DNA from: Aplysia californica
Taxonomy: Eukaryota
Length of the DNA: 64,000 nucleotides
Assembly (NCBI RefSeq): GCF_000002075.1
Contig: NW_004797297.1
Coordinates: 1,913,701 to 1,977,700, forward strand
Reading direction: 5' to 3'
Shown here: piece by piece, positions 27,546 to 40,100 of the stretch
Layout: every line of letters begins with the position of its first letter
Numbering within the stretch: position 1 is the first letter of the stretch
Made by a program: the position numbers and the translations under genes
The notes under the pieces: generated by a model
The model's input: the letters and a program-made list of their open reading frames with translations, nothing else
Told to the model about the DNA's origin: nothing
Databases searched by the model: none

Positions 27546-28039
27546 GTTTTAAAATGCACCGATGGTTTTCTTTCCTTTTTTGCTTTGTTTTGTTTTGGTG
27601 TGACATGTATTTTTCCTACGCTAGATGTGAGTGGTGAAAGCAGCTTTGCGTCCTACAGTTGGTTGTAAATCTGTGGGTCAAGCCTCTAACCTAAGTGGTT
27701 TTGTGGACAAAGTTTCTGTTTCTACAGTTCTGTGTTCCTTTGAACTGTTTGAAAAATTGCCTACATTTCAGCAGTCTTGTAATTGAAGTAGATGGCTTGA
27801 AGGCAACATTGATAACCTAGCTGCCAACCAGTACGTATAATACGTAAAAAACATAATTTAATGCGTCTTTAAGGGTCTGAGCAAGGAAATCTTGTTTTCT
27901 TATTTTTCAAGATATGTATTCTGTTTTCTTGTAACAGTAATGCTCCTCACAAATGTGCCAATGCTGTAGAAAAAATTAACTTTTGAGCTGGCTTTGCAAA
28001 TTCAATGGTGTCAACCTAAAGTGAGCTGGCTTTATTTGA

Positions 28040-28458
28040 ACAATCGGTTAAAGTGAACAATATTCTGTGGTCCCGATTGAAACGCCTTTTGTTTTAGTAA
28101 ATTAAAAAATAGTCGATAAACTGAACCGGTTTCATGGGGAAATCGGATAAAGTGAACGCCCAAAATGAATGAAAGAGAAGAACGGACCAACCGTGTCACT
28201 GTTGCCATGCTGTGAAAATAAAATTCTTTTCCTCGGCTATCGGCAGACAATCCCAGCTTGGCGTTGGCGAAAGAAAAAGCTCTAGTCTAGGCTCACCCAC
28301 TGTGTTGTCTCCCTACCCCACCTCCACCCTGGACCCACCACTGCGCATAGCTATTGTTTCTAGGCCTCCACCCTACCAAATGGTTAAACTGAACCTCGAA
28401 TAAAGTGAACACTTTTTTTCTGATCCCAAAGAGTTCATTTTTAACGGACTCCATCGTA
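28040..28458. mobile_element. Decayed Tc1/pogo-like MITE
   Basis: Recurrent taaagtgaac subterminal motifs at ~28048, ~28148 and ~28401. Confidence 0.4.
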
Positions 28459-29169
28459 CATGTAATAGAACAAAGCCCATAAGTGTCAGGTAAGTCACTA
28501 CAACTTTTGTCGCAGATCTACTTTGAATAGTTTAAATGTATTGAATATGGAAAAGGGTGTGAAGGGTTTGGAGAGGGATTACTTGGACAATGCCCACCAT
28601 CTTGACCCGCTGTGAGGGAGAGTCAAGTTGTTCTGTTTTTATTTTTAAAAATTGCCAAGTCTGTGTTAGGTATTGCTTCCCCATTTTCATGGCTGTTTTT
28701 GTTGTTCTCTCGCCCTCCTGGCCACTGCATGGCTGTAAGATTGTCTTTGTGCTTCCCTACTTATACTAATACCCATGTAGTCTTTCTAAACTTTTGGGGG
28801 GTTATTTCTGTATTATCTCTTTCCCCCCTCCTCCTCCCTCCGTCCGTCTAAATGACATAATTTACTCTCAGCCCTTGTGCTACTAATGCATTTACAACTT
28901 ATGCACAGGGAAAGAGATAATGTGAGAAGCCTCTTAACTGGATTCATTTGTTCCGAACTCGGACCTTTTCTAAAAAAAAAAAAGAAAAAGAAACTTTCTG
29001 CCCCCTTTGGCCCCTTCTCTGGGCTCCTGACTCTTTCTGCTGTCTTCCTACTGCTATCTCTTGGCTCCTTCTCCCTCTCGTTGCTGCCTTTCAGCCTCAC
29101 CACTTATCTTAGTGTAGGTAAGATATAATATTCTGACACCTAGCCTTCTCAGATAAGGGCAAAAAATCT

Positions 29170-29358
29170 GAGGTCCCGAGTGCAAGTTGCCCACGTTAAA
29201 TTTAAAGATCCCTTTGTGGTCCTAAAATTTATAAGAGTAGGCTTCGGTCGCCTCCCGGGCAAAATTTGAAATAATTCATACCAAACTGAAAATGATTAAT
29301 ATTAATATGTCCCACGCGCTCATATGACCGTATCACAGCAGTAAAACAACCAAACCAC
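29170..29358 (+). mobile_element. SINE fragment (Nin/Deu-like core and retroposon tail)
   Basis: cacgttaaa...taaagatccc...taagagtagg core; gcgctcatatgacc...gtaaaacaacc tail. Confidence 0.45.
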
Positions 29359-29409
29359 CTGCCAACCATCCCCCCCCCCCAAAAAAAACCCAACTACAAC
29401 AGCAATATA

Positions 29410-29968
29410 TATATACCAGGGATAGCTCGAATCCGTCGGGACCGGCTATTGAATTAATAATTGTCTACAAAGGAGCAATATCCACCTGTCCCAAGTCATG
29501 CTCAGAGAAAAGTAGACCTACCCATCAGATCAGTAGATCAGAGCATTCACCGATGGATCATCCATGGAAGCAACACAAGACGGAGGTGAAGGTATCTTGG
29601 CCTACATAGAGTGGCTTGACGAATAAATAAATTCCAGCATCAGCATACCAACAGGGAAAAGGGTAGAGACAGAAGCTCCCCAAGAGGCAGCCAAGGTGCT
29701 TGGAAACAGGGAGGCCACACACAACGTGAAAGTGGTACTTTTGAACGACGCAAAATCAGCCCTACAATCCGTAGAGAACAACCAGAGTATTGAACTCAAC
29801 GCCCTAACAAGAGCTATCATGGCACTAAACTCTACAGCCAGCAGCGTTGTCTTGCAATGGATTCCCAGGCGCGTCGACATAGTACCGTTACTCGTATTAT
29901 TTGGAAATGAATGTGCCGACGAATTGGTGAGGGAAGGAGGACAAATGGAACAAACCCATCCCAGACCC
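29410..29968 (+). pseudogene. RNase H domain of an I/Ingi/Nimb-group LINE, degraded (5' part)
   Basis: IRAFTDGSS...E...LNDAKSALQ...LQWIP...GNECADELVREG, the RNase H D-E-D-D pattern, with stops upstream. Confidence 0.85.
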
Positions 29969-29969
29969 T

Positions 29970-31437
29970 ACTTTTAACTTTTATTGCTTACTGATCCCAT
30001 TATAATTAATAATATAATCCACGAGGTTCGTAGAGGCGCTATGTGATAGAGAGCCTGGTCAGATCATCAGATGTTCACGGTCCACCTCTTTCTTTGCCTT
30101 CCTCTCTTTCTCCTCCCCTATACAGTTCCCTGGAGAATGGTCTTCGATAGGCCATACGATCTTGTTACACTGATAGTGATAGAGAGCCTGGTCAGATCAT
30201 CAGATGTCTCCACTTTTCTTGGGGTTTTTTTTGCGAGCGCCTGAGTTTGGGCGACGGATTTTCGAGTCCATTCCGCAATGTTGACGGTCCACCTCTTTCT
30301 TTGCCTTCCTCTCTTTCTCCTCCCCTATACAGTTCCCTGAAGAATGGTCTTCGATAGGCCATACGATCTTGTTACCTGACCATACCTATTCATTTCTCTT
30401 CGCTTCACAGTAGACAGCAAGTCTAAATAGTTAAGTAGCTGATATGTTGTTTCACTCTACTGCGCACTTCCTCGTTATTTTGTGACGTGGTCATTATATG
30501 ATGAGATACCAAAGAGTCGTCTAACGCATCTCATTTCGGCTGCTTGGATCTTCCTCCAAAGCTCTGCCGTCAAGGTCCATGATTCGCAAGCATACAGAAG
30601 GATGAAGATGACGAGGGCATAGAGTAGTCTGATTTTGGAATTGACTGACATGTTTCGATCTTTCGATGGTCTTAGTATTGTAAGTGCCCATGTTGTTTGT
30701 GCAATTCTTGCATGGACTTCTGGCTTGGATCATTCTTTGCTGATGATGGTACCAAGGTACTTGAACTGGTCAACTGTTTCAAGCTGTTGACCATTGACTG
30801 TAATTTTGGTTTTAATTGGTTCGTCATTATTTCTCATCATTTATGTTTTCTCGGCACTAATTTCCATACCATATCTGGTCGATGTTTCATCCAGTTGTTT
30901 TACCAGTAAGTCATCTGCAAACCTGAGGTTAGTAACTGTTCGTCCACCGATGCTGACTGTACTCGTATGATTTTCAAGAACATCAGACATGGTTCGTTCA
31001 AGGAAGATGTAGAACAGGGTAGGCGATAGCTAACAACCTTGGCGCACTCCGACAGTAGTGTGAAACCATTCTCCTATTTTCCCCTGGGCGAGGACTGCAC
31101 TGGTGATTTTTTTTTTTTTTTTGGTATAGTTATTGGATCGACTCTTTCAACTTTTGGCCCATGTTGTATTTCTTTATGGTTGCCCACAACGCATCACGCC
31201 ACACGCAATCCAAAGCTTTTTAAAAAAATCAATGAATACAAGGAAGATGCCTTGCTTGTGTCGACTGTATTTCTCGCACAGAACTCTGGGGTTGAATATC
31301 TGTTCTGTTGTACTTCTTCCATGCCTGAACCTGGCTTACTCTTCGGCAATTATTTCTTCTTCCTGATATCTCAGTCGGTTCAGTATAACTTTTCAGCATC
31401 ACTTTGCTTGCATGGCTTATTAGGTTGATAGTTTTGG
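29970..31437 (-). mobile_element. RTE-clade LINE 3' fragment (reverse transcriptase pseudogene)
   Basis: Minus strand: ISHASKVMLK, GEWFHTTVGVRQGC*LSPTLFYIFLE, SIGGRTVTNLRFADDL, QFKYLG, LLYACESWTL, KTILQGTV*GRRKRGRQRKRW; frameshifted. Confidence 0.92.
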
Positions 31438-31702
31438 CATATCAACTACCAGGAAACACTCATTAAGTCAGCAATCCATGCCCAATGGAACGAAACGCAC
31501 CCACAACACAGAAGAAAGGACCCAATCTACCAGCTCAAGAGCCGACCAAGTGATAATCTTTTTAGACTCAGAACAGTACACAACAGGCTGAAGCATCACA
31601 TGCTCTCTCGTTTCAAAATCGGTGATGGGTCCAAAAGAAGAAGAAGAAGAAGAAGGAGGAGGAGGAGGAGGAGGAGGAGAAGAAGAAGAAGAAGAAGAAG
31701 AA
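31438..31702 (+). mobile_element. 3' remainder of the RNase H LINE with (GAA/GGA)n tail
   Basis: INYQETLIKSAIHAQWNETHP...FRLRTVHNRLKHHM (RLRTGH-like motif) followed by (GAA)n(GGA)n(GAA)n. Confidence 0.75.
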
Positions 31703-32418
31703 GCAGGGACCAGCCTCGGTAGTTCGAGGGATCCGTAGTTCGAGGAAGAAACAAAGATTGCTACGGTAGGGCCCTTTGATGAGTAAGTGGGGCAGAGATG
31801 AGAATGTGCAGTTCGTATGTGAAGTCCGCCCATTTTCCCTCAGACCGCCGGGGCCAGCAATGAGCGTGATAGTGATCTGAGGAGCAGCAGCGGGGTAGAT
31901 CTAGACTGGAAGTGTTAGTTGTTGTTATGCTTTGTTCTAGTTGAAGTTGAAGCCATGGTGAAACGAAAAATGGGGTGCTCCATGATGTGCGTGTGTGTGT
32001 GTGTGTGAGTGTGTGTGTCGAGCAGGACGCTAAAAATAGCACATCTAGCTGCTTCTATGGAGGGAGGAATGTATTTTACCTACCTTGCCTTTTCCCGTAA
32101 AAAAATTACATGTAGGCCCTATCATTACATGTATTAAATTTAGTTCGTATCAAGTGCATCCCGAAGGACATTGACTTTAGACCTCTACGGCGGCGTACTT
32201 AGTTCGACTATTCCGTGCTTGTGTTCGAGCTTCGAGTAATTTACTTACAAAGATTTAAAAAAAAAAACAGAAAAAAAAACAGGCACAGTTCAACGGATGC
32301 GTGATTTCGAGTCTTCTGTGTATATATAATAAAAAAAAAAAATGATATATAGATACTGGAACAAACAGACAACACACACATTTATTGCTGGTGCACGGTC
32401 GCTCTGTGCAGCACCCGT

Positions 32419-32419
32419 T

Positions 32420-32490
<71 letters not shown>
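32419..32490. repeat. (CT)n(GT)n compound microsatellite
   Basis: Direct inspection. Confidence 0.9.
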
Positions 32491-32493
<3 letters not shown>

Positions 32494-33299
32494 AGCTCGG
32501 GTTATTTGTCTTGCTCAAGAACACCCCGCACAAACCATCCATATAGACACCGTTTCACAAAAGCATGTTTGACAGCGTTATTGTGAGGCTGAACTTACAA
32601 ACTACTCGTCCACTGTAGACACATTATAATTGCTGCTGCTGGTTTCGATGGTTACCTTCAACAGTTTGAAATGAAAAGATAAAGATGGAAGAGGCAGTGA
32701 GAAATGCAAGGTTCTATAGGCCCTACACGTAGGGGATTCATACATTTAGTTTTTGTAGAAGGAAACAAGTCGGACACATTTTCAGTAATAGCATCTGAAT
32801 GATAATAGAAGACAGTTTGTTATTAAAAAAATTTTTTTTTACAGTACTTTGACCGTACACGTAGATCTACTCAAATCGATCTAAATTAAATTACAATGTA
32901 GTTAAAATAAATAATGGATACTCATTCTATGAATTCATAATTTTATACTGTTATGAACTGTCACACACCGTCAGACTTTAGCATTTAGCAGTCATTCTGA
33001 TGTTCTGCAATTCTAGGCTAGCCTAACCACTTTGTCAGTGACTTTGCGATTATCACAGCTAGATTGAAAGAAATTTAAAAAAAGCTTTAATTCGCCCTTC
33101 TTATTTTTGATGCAGGGTTATAAGCACTTTGTAAATTCTTCCTTTCATCTCTTTAAGTTGTGTGTGTGGGCCTATCAGTTGGCGAATTCGGAATAGAAGA
33201 GCTGTATACTAAGACTAAGACTAAGACGTAACAAGGCACAGTGACAAGGTATGATGATAAGATTCTCATTAGTAGGCCTATTGTATTATTAATTGGGGA

Positions 33300-33410
33300 G
33301 AAATATTTCGACGGCCTGCCGTCTGAAGATCGTAGTTGATTTTTCCACTGCTTGCTGTCTGAACATCGGAAGTGATACACTGTTACAGTTACACCTCTAC
33401 ACGGTATGCT
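33300..33410 (+). promoter_or_regulatory. Candidate ACSF3 promoter / non-coding first exon
   Basis: ETS-like CGGAAGTG at 33367-33374 and donor-like ACG|GTATGC at 33403/33404. The coding exon at 36367 begins with an acceptor, so an upstream exon is expected. Confidence 0.3.
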
Positions 33411-33657
33411 GTCTTGAGTCTAAAGTGACTAAAGTCTAAAGATCAGAATTGATATTTTGATGGCATGGTATAGAGGACATGCGACTAGAATCTAGATCTA
33501 GATCTAGACTCTAGAGGTAGATATAATCTAGATCTAAATCTAAAAGTAGAATGACGCATTTTCCTGATTGGCTGCTAGTTTTAGTAATGTGATGTCATCA
33601 CTACCTGGGATACCCGCAGACTATTTTTATAAGGCCGTGGAGGTACCAAAGATTTTG

Positions 33658-33920
33658 GGCGCTTTTGCGGTAGTTCCCACCCCGCAATTGTTATTAGCCG
33701 GTTTAGGCCTCAAGAGAGGGGGGTTTCAGTGGGGGCTTGCCCCCCTGGCCTCAATAAAAATGTGGTGGGGGGTTTCAGGGGGGCATGCCCCCCTGAATTT
33801 TACCATAATTTGATGTTTTGCACTTGTTAGGTTTGATATCTTAGCTCGCATCAAACGTATAGATCTCGATGTAGGTCAGGCTCAAAATATAAGGGGGGTG
33901 GGAACTGCCGAAAAAGCACC
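33658..33920 (+). mobile_element. Merlin-like MITE, copy A
   Basis: ~26-bp TIR GGCGCTTTTGCGGTAGTTCCCACCCC; 8-bp TSD AGATTTTG (33650-33657 and 33921-33928). Confidence 0.8.
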
Positions 33921-34294
33921 AGATTTTGTATACACACGATACAGTAGAGAATCTTTGGAGGTACTGTTTCCGCATGGAATGACATGTTGGGTCAGTGGCT
34001 TGACATATTGTCCATATCGATGTGTTTCGCACGGTAAAATTTCTCACTTGCGGCTAACTGCAGCACATCAGCCATGCTCTGGTGATGGAAGATCGTTGAT
34101 GCTCAGAACCGTAAGAATGGTGATGCTTGAAATTGAAACACGGTAAATGCAAAGACAATAAAGCGCACTAAAATTGCCCTATGTATACACGATCTTTGGT
34201 GCCATGCGGTTGGCATATGTTTAGATCATGTTGTCATGTGATTGGAGGGGTATCCCAGTCTGACGTCGCACAAGATGGCTGCCTTACCCAAAAT

Positions 34295-34556
34295 GGTGCT
34301 TTTTCGGTAGTTCCCACCCCCCTTATATTTTGAGCCTGACCTACATCGAGATCTGTACGTTTGATGTGAGCTAAGATATCAAACCTAACAAGTGCAAAAC
34401 ATCAAATTATGGTAAAATTCAGGGGGGCATGCCCCCCTGAAACCCCCCACCACATTTTTATTAGGACAGGGGGGCAAGCCCCCACTGAAACCCCCCTCTC
34501 TTGAGGCCAAAACTGGTGAATAACAATTGCGGGGTGGGAACTACCGAAAAAGCGCC
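34295..34556 (-). mobile_element. Merlin-like MITE, copy B (inverted relative to A)
   Basis: Near-identical reverse complement of 33658-33920; flanks share AAAAT. Confidence 0.8.
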
Positions 34557-36380
34557 AAAATAGTTTGCGTCGTTCTACGTTTAGTCGCATGTGTGTATAG
34601 GCCCTACTTGAAGTGTATCAATGCGAGGTATAATCCAAGGAGATAAAATGGAAGTACCCGGTGCATGTACGGATAGACAACATTGGATCTAGATCTACTA
34701 TGCAAGTACATATGTACTTTACTTTTCACATCTTACATAAAAAATGTATTGCAAACGAAAATAAGTGATAAAATAATGTCATTTACATATATATATATAT
34801 ATATGCATTCAGACAAAGCATGGGGTGCCTATTGGGGGATCGGGTCAGGGCGAGGCGGTTTGCCCTTTCCTTTAAAAGGGCTTCTTGGTCCCCTTTGTGG
34901 ATATGAAAGAAGAGCTCTGTTAAATAGTTATGTTTAAGTTTATGAACTGATACCTTGATGAGTCTCCAGAAAATTAGCTCATAAGATGACGAGAAATAGG
35001 TTTTTATTTGCCAAGTCAAATTCTTGACATGTAATCTGCTAAGCCTCTTAGCAATATAATACCATTTCAAGTCTACAAGCCACTCTCTATTATATAATTA
35101 CTGTGTTCAACTGTAGATTTAATTGTTATGCTTTCCAACAAAAAAGTGTAGCCTACAAATAAAAGGAAGGGGTTCGGGGCTAGCGGAGTATGTGATGTGA
35201 GCAATTGGAACGGGCAGGCTTTTGATTTGGGTGTTTCAGAATCAGGGTAATGGATGCAAATTCTTCTGGTGATAAGCTGGGTGACTATAGCCTCTTTTGT
35301 TTGTTGCCTTGCAATGCTTTTTTATTTAAGAAATATGTTGGTTTTACATTTATGATATTTTGTACTTTGAGATTCTTTTACTTACCTTCTTTCTGTGTGC
35401 ACGTCCTTATTCATCTTTTTTTTTATTGTCTCTTCTTATCCCTGTAAAAAACCCAACTTAAATGTAACGAGAAAAACTACTTGTTGACTTGGGATTTAGT
35501 AGCTAGATCTAGTTATGGGAGTGCAAGGGAACCGAAGTTTGAAAGCGTATTGATTTCAAGTAGCATATTTTTATTGCCTATTCTGATCAGCAAAATAACT
35601 TTGGTTTTTAAAAAAAGTAAATAAACGTGTATAAATGAACACAAAGTCACAGGTGTGGACCTTGCTAATTACTGAACCCATGAATCGAGACTATCAAATG
35701 AAACCCCCACACTAGATTTTTACACTGCACTGCATCAAGCATATGATGAGGGGGAACTATTATGATGACGTTGGTTTTTAATAATTTTATTTGTGAAACA
35801 ACATTTTACTTGTAAATCACATATTCGCCCAACGTGTGAACGGGAAGCTATGTTTCTGTATCTTATAGAGGAGACTAGGAGAGCAAGAAGCAAGGTCACT
35901 AATTGGATATTGTGAAATTGACCCACCCGATCCTAGTTCTATTTAGAATCTTTAGTATTAGATGTCTGTTGCTGCAGTCACCAACAGCTGATTGAGGTCC
36001 GAGAGTTGAAGATCTCCATCCTTATAATGTCATGTTTGCCCATGTGTTGATTAAGGCAGAGATCTTATTGAGGAAGAAACTCCGAAGGATCTGCCTATTA
36101 AATTTGGAGTACATAATAATTAAATGGTTGCCAACCATTATATTTTACAGGACAAAAAAATAAAGTTTGACCATGGTTTCTTATTTGTATAATAACTTTC
36201 CCTCTATGGTAAGCAGTTACCAAAGGAAAAGAAAATCACACACTGACTTATTTTCCCATACTTGTTTTTGTTCTTTACAGTGATAAATTAATTTTATTTT
36301 AAAGTCTCATGATTTTTCTTCCACTGTGCCTGAAATATATTGCTCTGTGTATTCTCTCATTTATAGGGAATCGATGTGTC

Positions 36381-37162
36381 ATGGCTGTCCCACTGGCAAC
36401 AATTGTTCATCATTCCTGCCAATGCAGGCTCTTGCACAAGTCTCTTAGACCTGCATGGTTATTGAACTTCAAAGCTTTAAGAACTTCCTCTTCAAACTCT
36501 TTGAAATGCAAGCCCCTTGAAATAAATTTGATCATGAGAACGGAAAGAGCAAGGAGCACTCTCTGTCTGAGAAACATCTCCTCAGTCCTAGCTGTGGTCA
36601 AGTCTGGCTCACAAGAAGCCGTGGGTCAAGGACATACAGTCAGTGCCAGACAGTTCTCTACATCTCTTGGCCGCCCCGTTCACTCGCAAGACACAGTTCA
36701 GTCTCATCTTCCTGTTTTTCTTCATGCGGAAAAATACCTCAAGCACCCTGCAGTCATTGACCAAGATGGGAGCTTGACTTATGCTGATGTTCTTCATCAT
36801 AGTATGAATCTGGCCACTGACATTCTTGCTTTCAGGAATGCAGAAAACGATATGAAACTAAATAGTGAGAGAATAGCCATCCTAACAGATCATAGTGTCT
36901 CTTATGTGATTGGTCAGTATGCGACATGGATTGTCAATGGTGTCTCAGTTCCTTTGTGTTCGACTCACCCACCCTCGGAGTGGGAATACTTTCTGCGGGA
37001 TTCTCAGTGTACCCTGGTTTTGGCCTCGGAGGGATTTGTCGACAAAATCACCCCTATTTCACAGAAGCTGAATGTCCCGGTCAAGACTTTGTCAAGAGAA
37101 CTGTACTCTGAGGAATATGAGAAAAACAGATGGTTCCAGTCTGATCATGCTTCAAACCCAAA
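36381..37162 (+). CDS. ACSF3: ACSF3 first coding exon (targeting peptide and start of the adenylation domain)
   Basis: Acceptor at 36365-36366, ATG at 36381, AA|gtaagt donor; PVF..A......[11 protein letters not shown]. Confidence 0.85.
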
Positions 37163-40100
37163 GTAAGTGTTTAGTTTAACTGTGTATTTCCAGTTATGCT
37201 ACCATTCTGTAATGTTTGGTATTTTCAGATCTCTTGACTTTAACATGGATTTAGTTTAAGCAATAGATACAATAATTGCACTCTATTTCACAAAACTTTG
37301 TTTGGCTTTATGTCTTTTGGTACACTTTGTTACTTTGTTCGGAATTCGTGGTTCATGGAAACTAAGTTTGTCAAACTGTGTGTGTACTTCTTTTGTATTG
37401 GAGAAGACTGCATTGTGTTTTTTTTCTTCTCAGGCAGATCACAAGGATGTTTGAGCAAAGAAAGAAACGTTGGTTTGATCGTTCAGAGGAGTTCATTTTG
37501 AAGAAGCCAGCTTTGATTGTATATACTAGTGGGACGACTGGACCACCAAAGGTAAACTTTGAGTATGAAGCTCATATACTGGATTGTAACATTCTTTTAC
37601 CTGAAGTTTAAGCAGAAATCTTGGACTGGGATCCGAAATTAAATTATTGTGTAGTCTGATTAAGTTCTGAGATAAAAGTAATATCTTGAATAAATTTGTT
37701 AGTCAGAAAACTTGAGTATGACAAGGTAACAAATTTTAAGTATATTTAGTAGCTTTCAGAACTAAAAAAAAAAAGAATTAATTTGAATAAGAATTTTTGT
37801 CCCAAAGAAATGTATAGATATTATAAAACACTTTGCTGTCTGTTTTTATTCCCAAATTTGATTGCTTTGATTTACTTCACTCCCTGGAGCTGAGGGTCTC
37901 CCCTTCCAGAGGGAAAGGAGATGTCTCTATTTGACAGGATTGATGACTTGACTGTTTTTATCAAATGGCGTTTTTGTTGTGTGTAGGGTGTGGTCCTGAC
38001 TCATGGAAACCTGGCGGCCATGACACGAGGCATGATCAAAAGCTGGGAGTGGACGTCAAGGGACACAATCCTCCATGTGCTGCCGTTGCATCATGTCCAT
38101 GGTATTGTCAACGTGCTGCTCACTCCCCTGGCATGTGGTGCCACCTGTGTGATGGAGCCAAAGTTTGACCCTGGCCAGGTAGGGACTTATTCTCCGGGGT
38201 TTTTTTTCTTCTTCTTTTTCTTTTTCTTTTCCCAGTTGAGGTCAGGGGTTGAACCTACAAAAGAACTGATTTTTGTGTAGAGTCGAAATAGTCCAAGATG
38301 ACCAACAATTGTCGAGGTGAAAAGTGGTTGTTTTTGACAGATGGACATTTTGGACTGTATTATTATATTAGAAAAAATAATACGTGGATACCTGGATACA
38401 TGGAGGTGTCGTCTCTGACTCAGAGGTTGATGTGTAATGACCGTCCATCCTTCATGGTTGGGAGTTGCCGTTGCACATTCTGCTATATCCAGGCCAGTCC
38501 ATGTTTTTATGTTGTCCATCCATGTTATAATTCAGATATCTGGTAATGCAAGGAGGGAATCGAGAAATGGTTGTTTGTACAGGACAAGTGGGCTTTAACT
38601 CACTTGAGCCTATTTCCATGTGTTAACAGGACGCCCCGCTGGCCCAGTGGCCTAATTCCATGTATTTACGGGATGCGCTTTATCTATTGTTATCTCCAGT
38701 GTTTTTTGGTTACAAGTTACGGGAAGCGGTGAGCCAACAGCTGACCCACCTGTTCCGTTTTGTTAAAACTTTGGTTAAGTTATGTGCAGTACTTTTTGAG
38801 CTGTAATGAACTAAGTCAGTCACCCTTGCTTTGCGATAGATGATTTTATTATAAATTGGGCGCCCTAAAAAATTGCATAACCCCCAAACATTGCTATTTC
38901 AAAATATTGATAAAATAAAAACTATTTGGACAAATTAGATTCAGTTTTCTTTTTCTTTGAGAGCATTTCCTTCTTTCTCTTGTTGAATTAAAAAATTATG
39001 ATGGCATTCACAGTCTTTTTGTGGTTGACACTTCTATATACCCCAAAAGTGTCGGGCTGCAATGGTTGTTGCGTGAAAAATAGCTCTGGTTCAAGTGAGT
39101 TAAAGTAGGTGTGACAGTACACGACTTGTTTTCTTACAAGGAATTAATGTCCCTAACCTCAGAAGTAGCCACATGCCGTTTTTGTACTTACTGTTGCTTG
39201 TTCCGGTTTTTAGCTCAAAACTAATTTACATTTAGTTTTTCTTGGGCCACTGATCTTTTTTTTTGGTAACCTTTTCTTTCTCTCTGCAGGTTTGGAATAC
39301 TCTGACTTCACCAAAAGTGCCCGGTCTTGACAAGAATATCAATGTGTTCATGGCAGTCCCTACTGTCTATGCTAAGCTAATCCAGTACTTTGATGAGAAC
39401 ATGGCAAACTCAAAAACCGGCTTGACAGTGGACTTTGTCCGAGAAACTTTGTCTTCTAAATTTAGGTGAGAGTTCAGTTTCTTCGATGTATTTTCAGTTT
39501 TGCTCTTGTCTCTTTGCTAAAAAAAACTTGTTTTGTGTGAAATGGAGGCAAGATAGAAGATGTTTCTCCTTCTCCTTCCTTATACTTGGGGACTATCAGT
39601 GATTCAATCATTGGTTCATAAAGGACTGCGCAGGTCTTTTGTCACACAGTCAGGTAAACTTCTCTGGATTGATAACAACAACTGTAAAGTTTCTGTGTCA
39701 AATTTATTTTTTATGTTATATTTTTGGTTTCCTCTGTTTTTCATTAATAAAAAATTTTCTTCTGCTTCTGAAAATGTTAATACCATTCGAAATTGCAAAT
39801 CAACATACAAACTTGTGTTGCAAGGGATGATTTAGTCTGTTACATCAGTTACTTGAGTCTCATTCTGACAGCGTGACAGACTTGTATGATGTATTTTGCC
39901 TCTGACGTGACTCCCGGTGAATTTGAAACATTTTGTTTCTTTTAGTTTCTTTTAGATTTGTTACTAGACTGTTGGCTCTCAGACTATTAAATCTTTAAAA
40001 ATGTGCATTCTCAGACAGGACTTCAATAGTTTTAAACTAGTTTTAGTTAGACTGGTAGAAATGTTGGCATGGTGGTATGGTCTTGAGTTTCCCTTTCATG

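Noticed and set aside
33568-34590. Two ORFs sharing IKMWWGVSGGHAPLNFTII
   Set aside because: Artefact of the inverted MITE pair, not a gene family.
36309-36380. Upstream in-frame ATG at 36309 for ACSF3
   Set aside because: It lies in a pyrimidine-rich stretch before an AG acceptor at 36365-36366 and is probably intronic.
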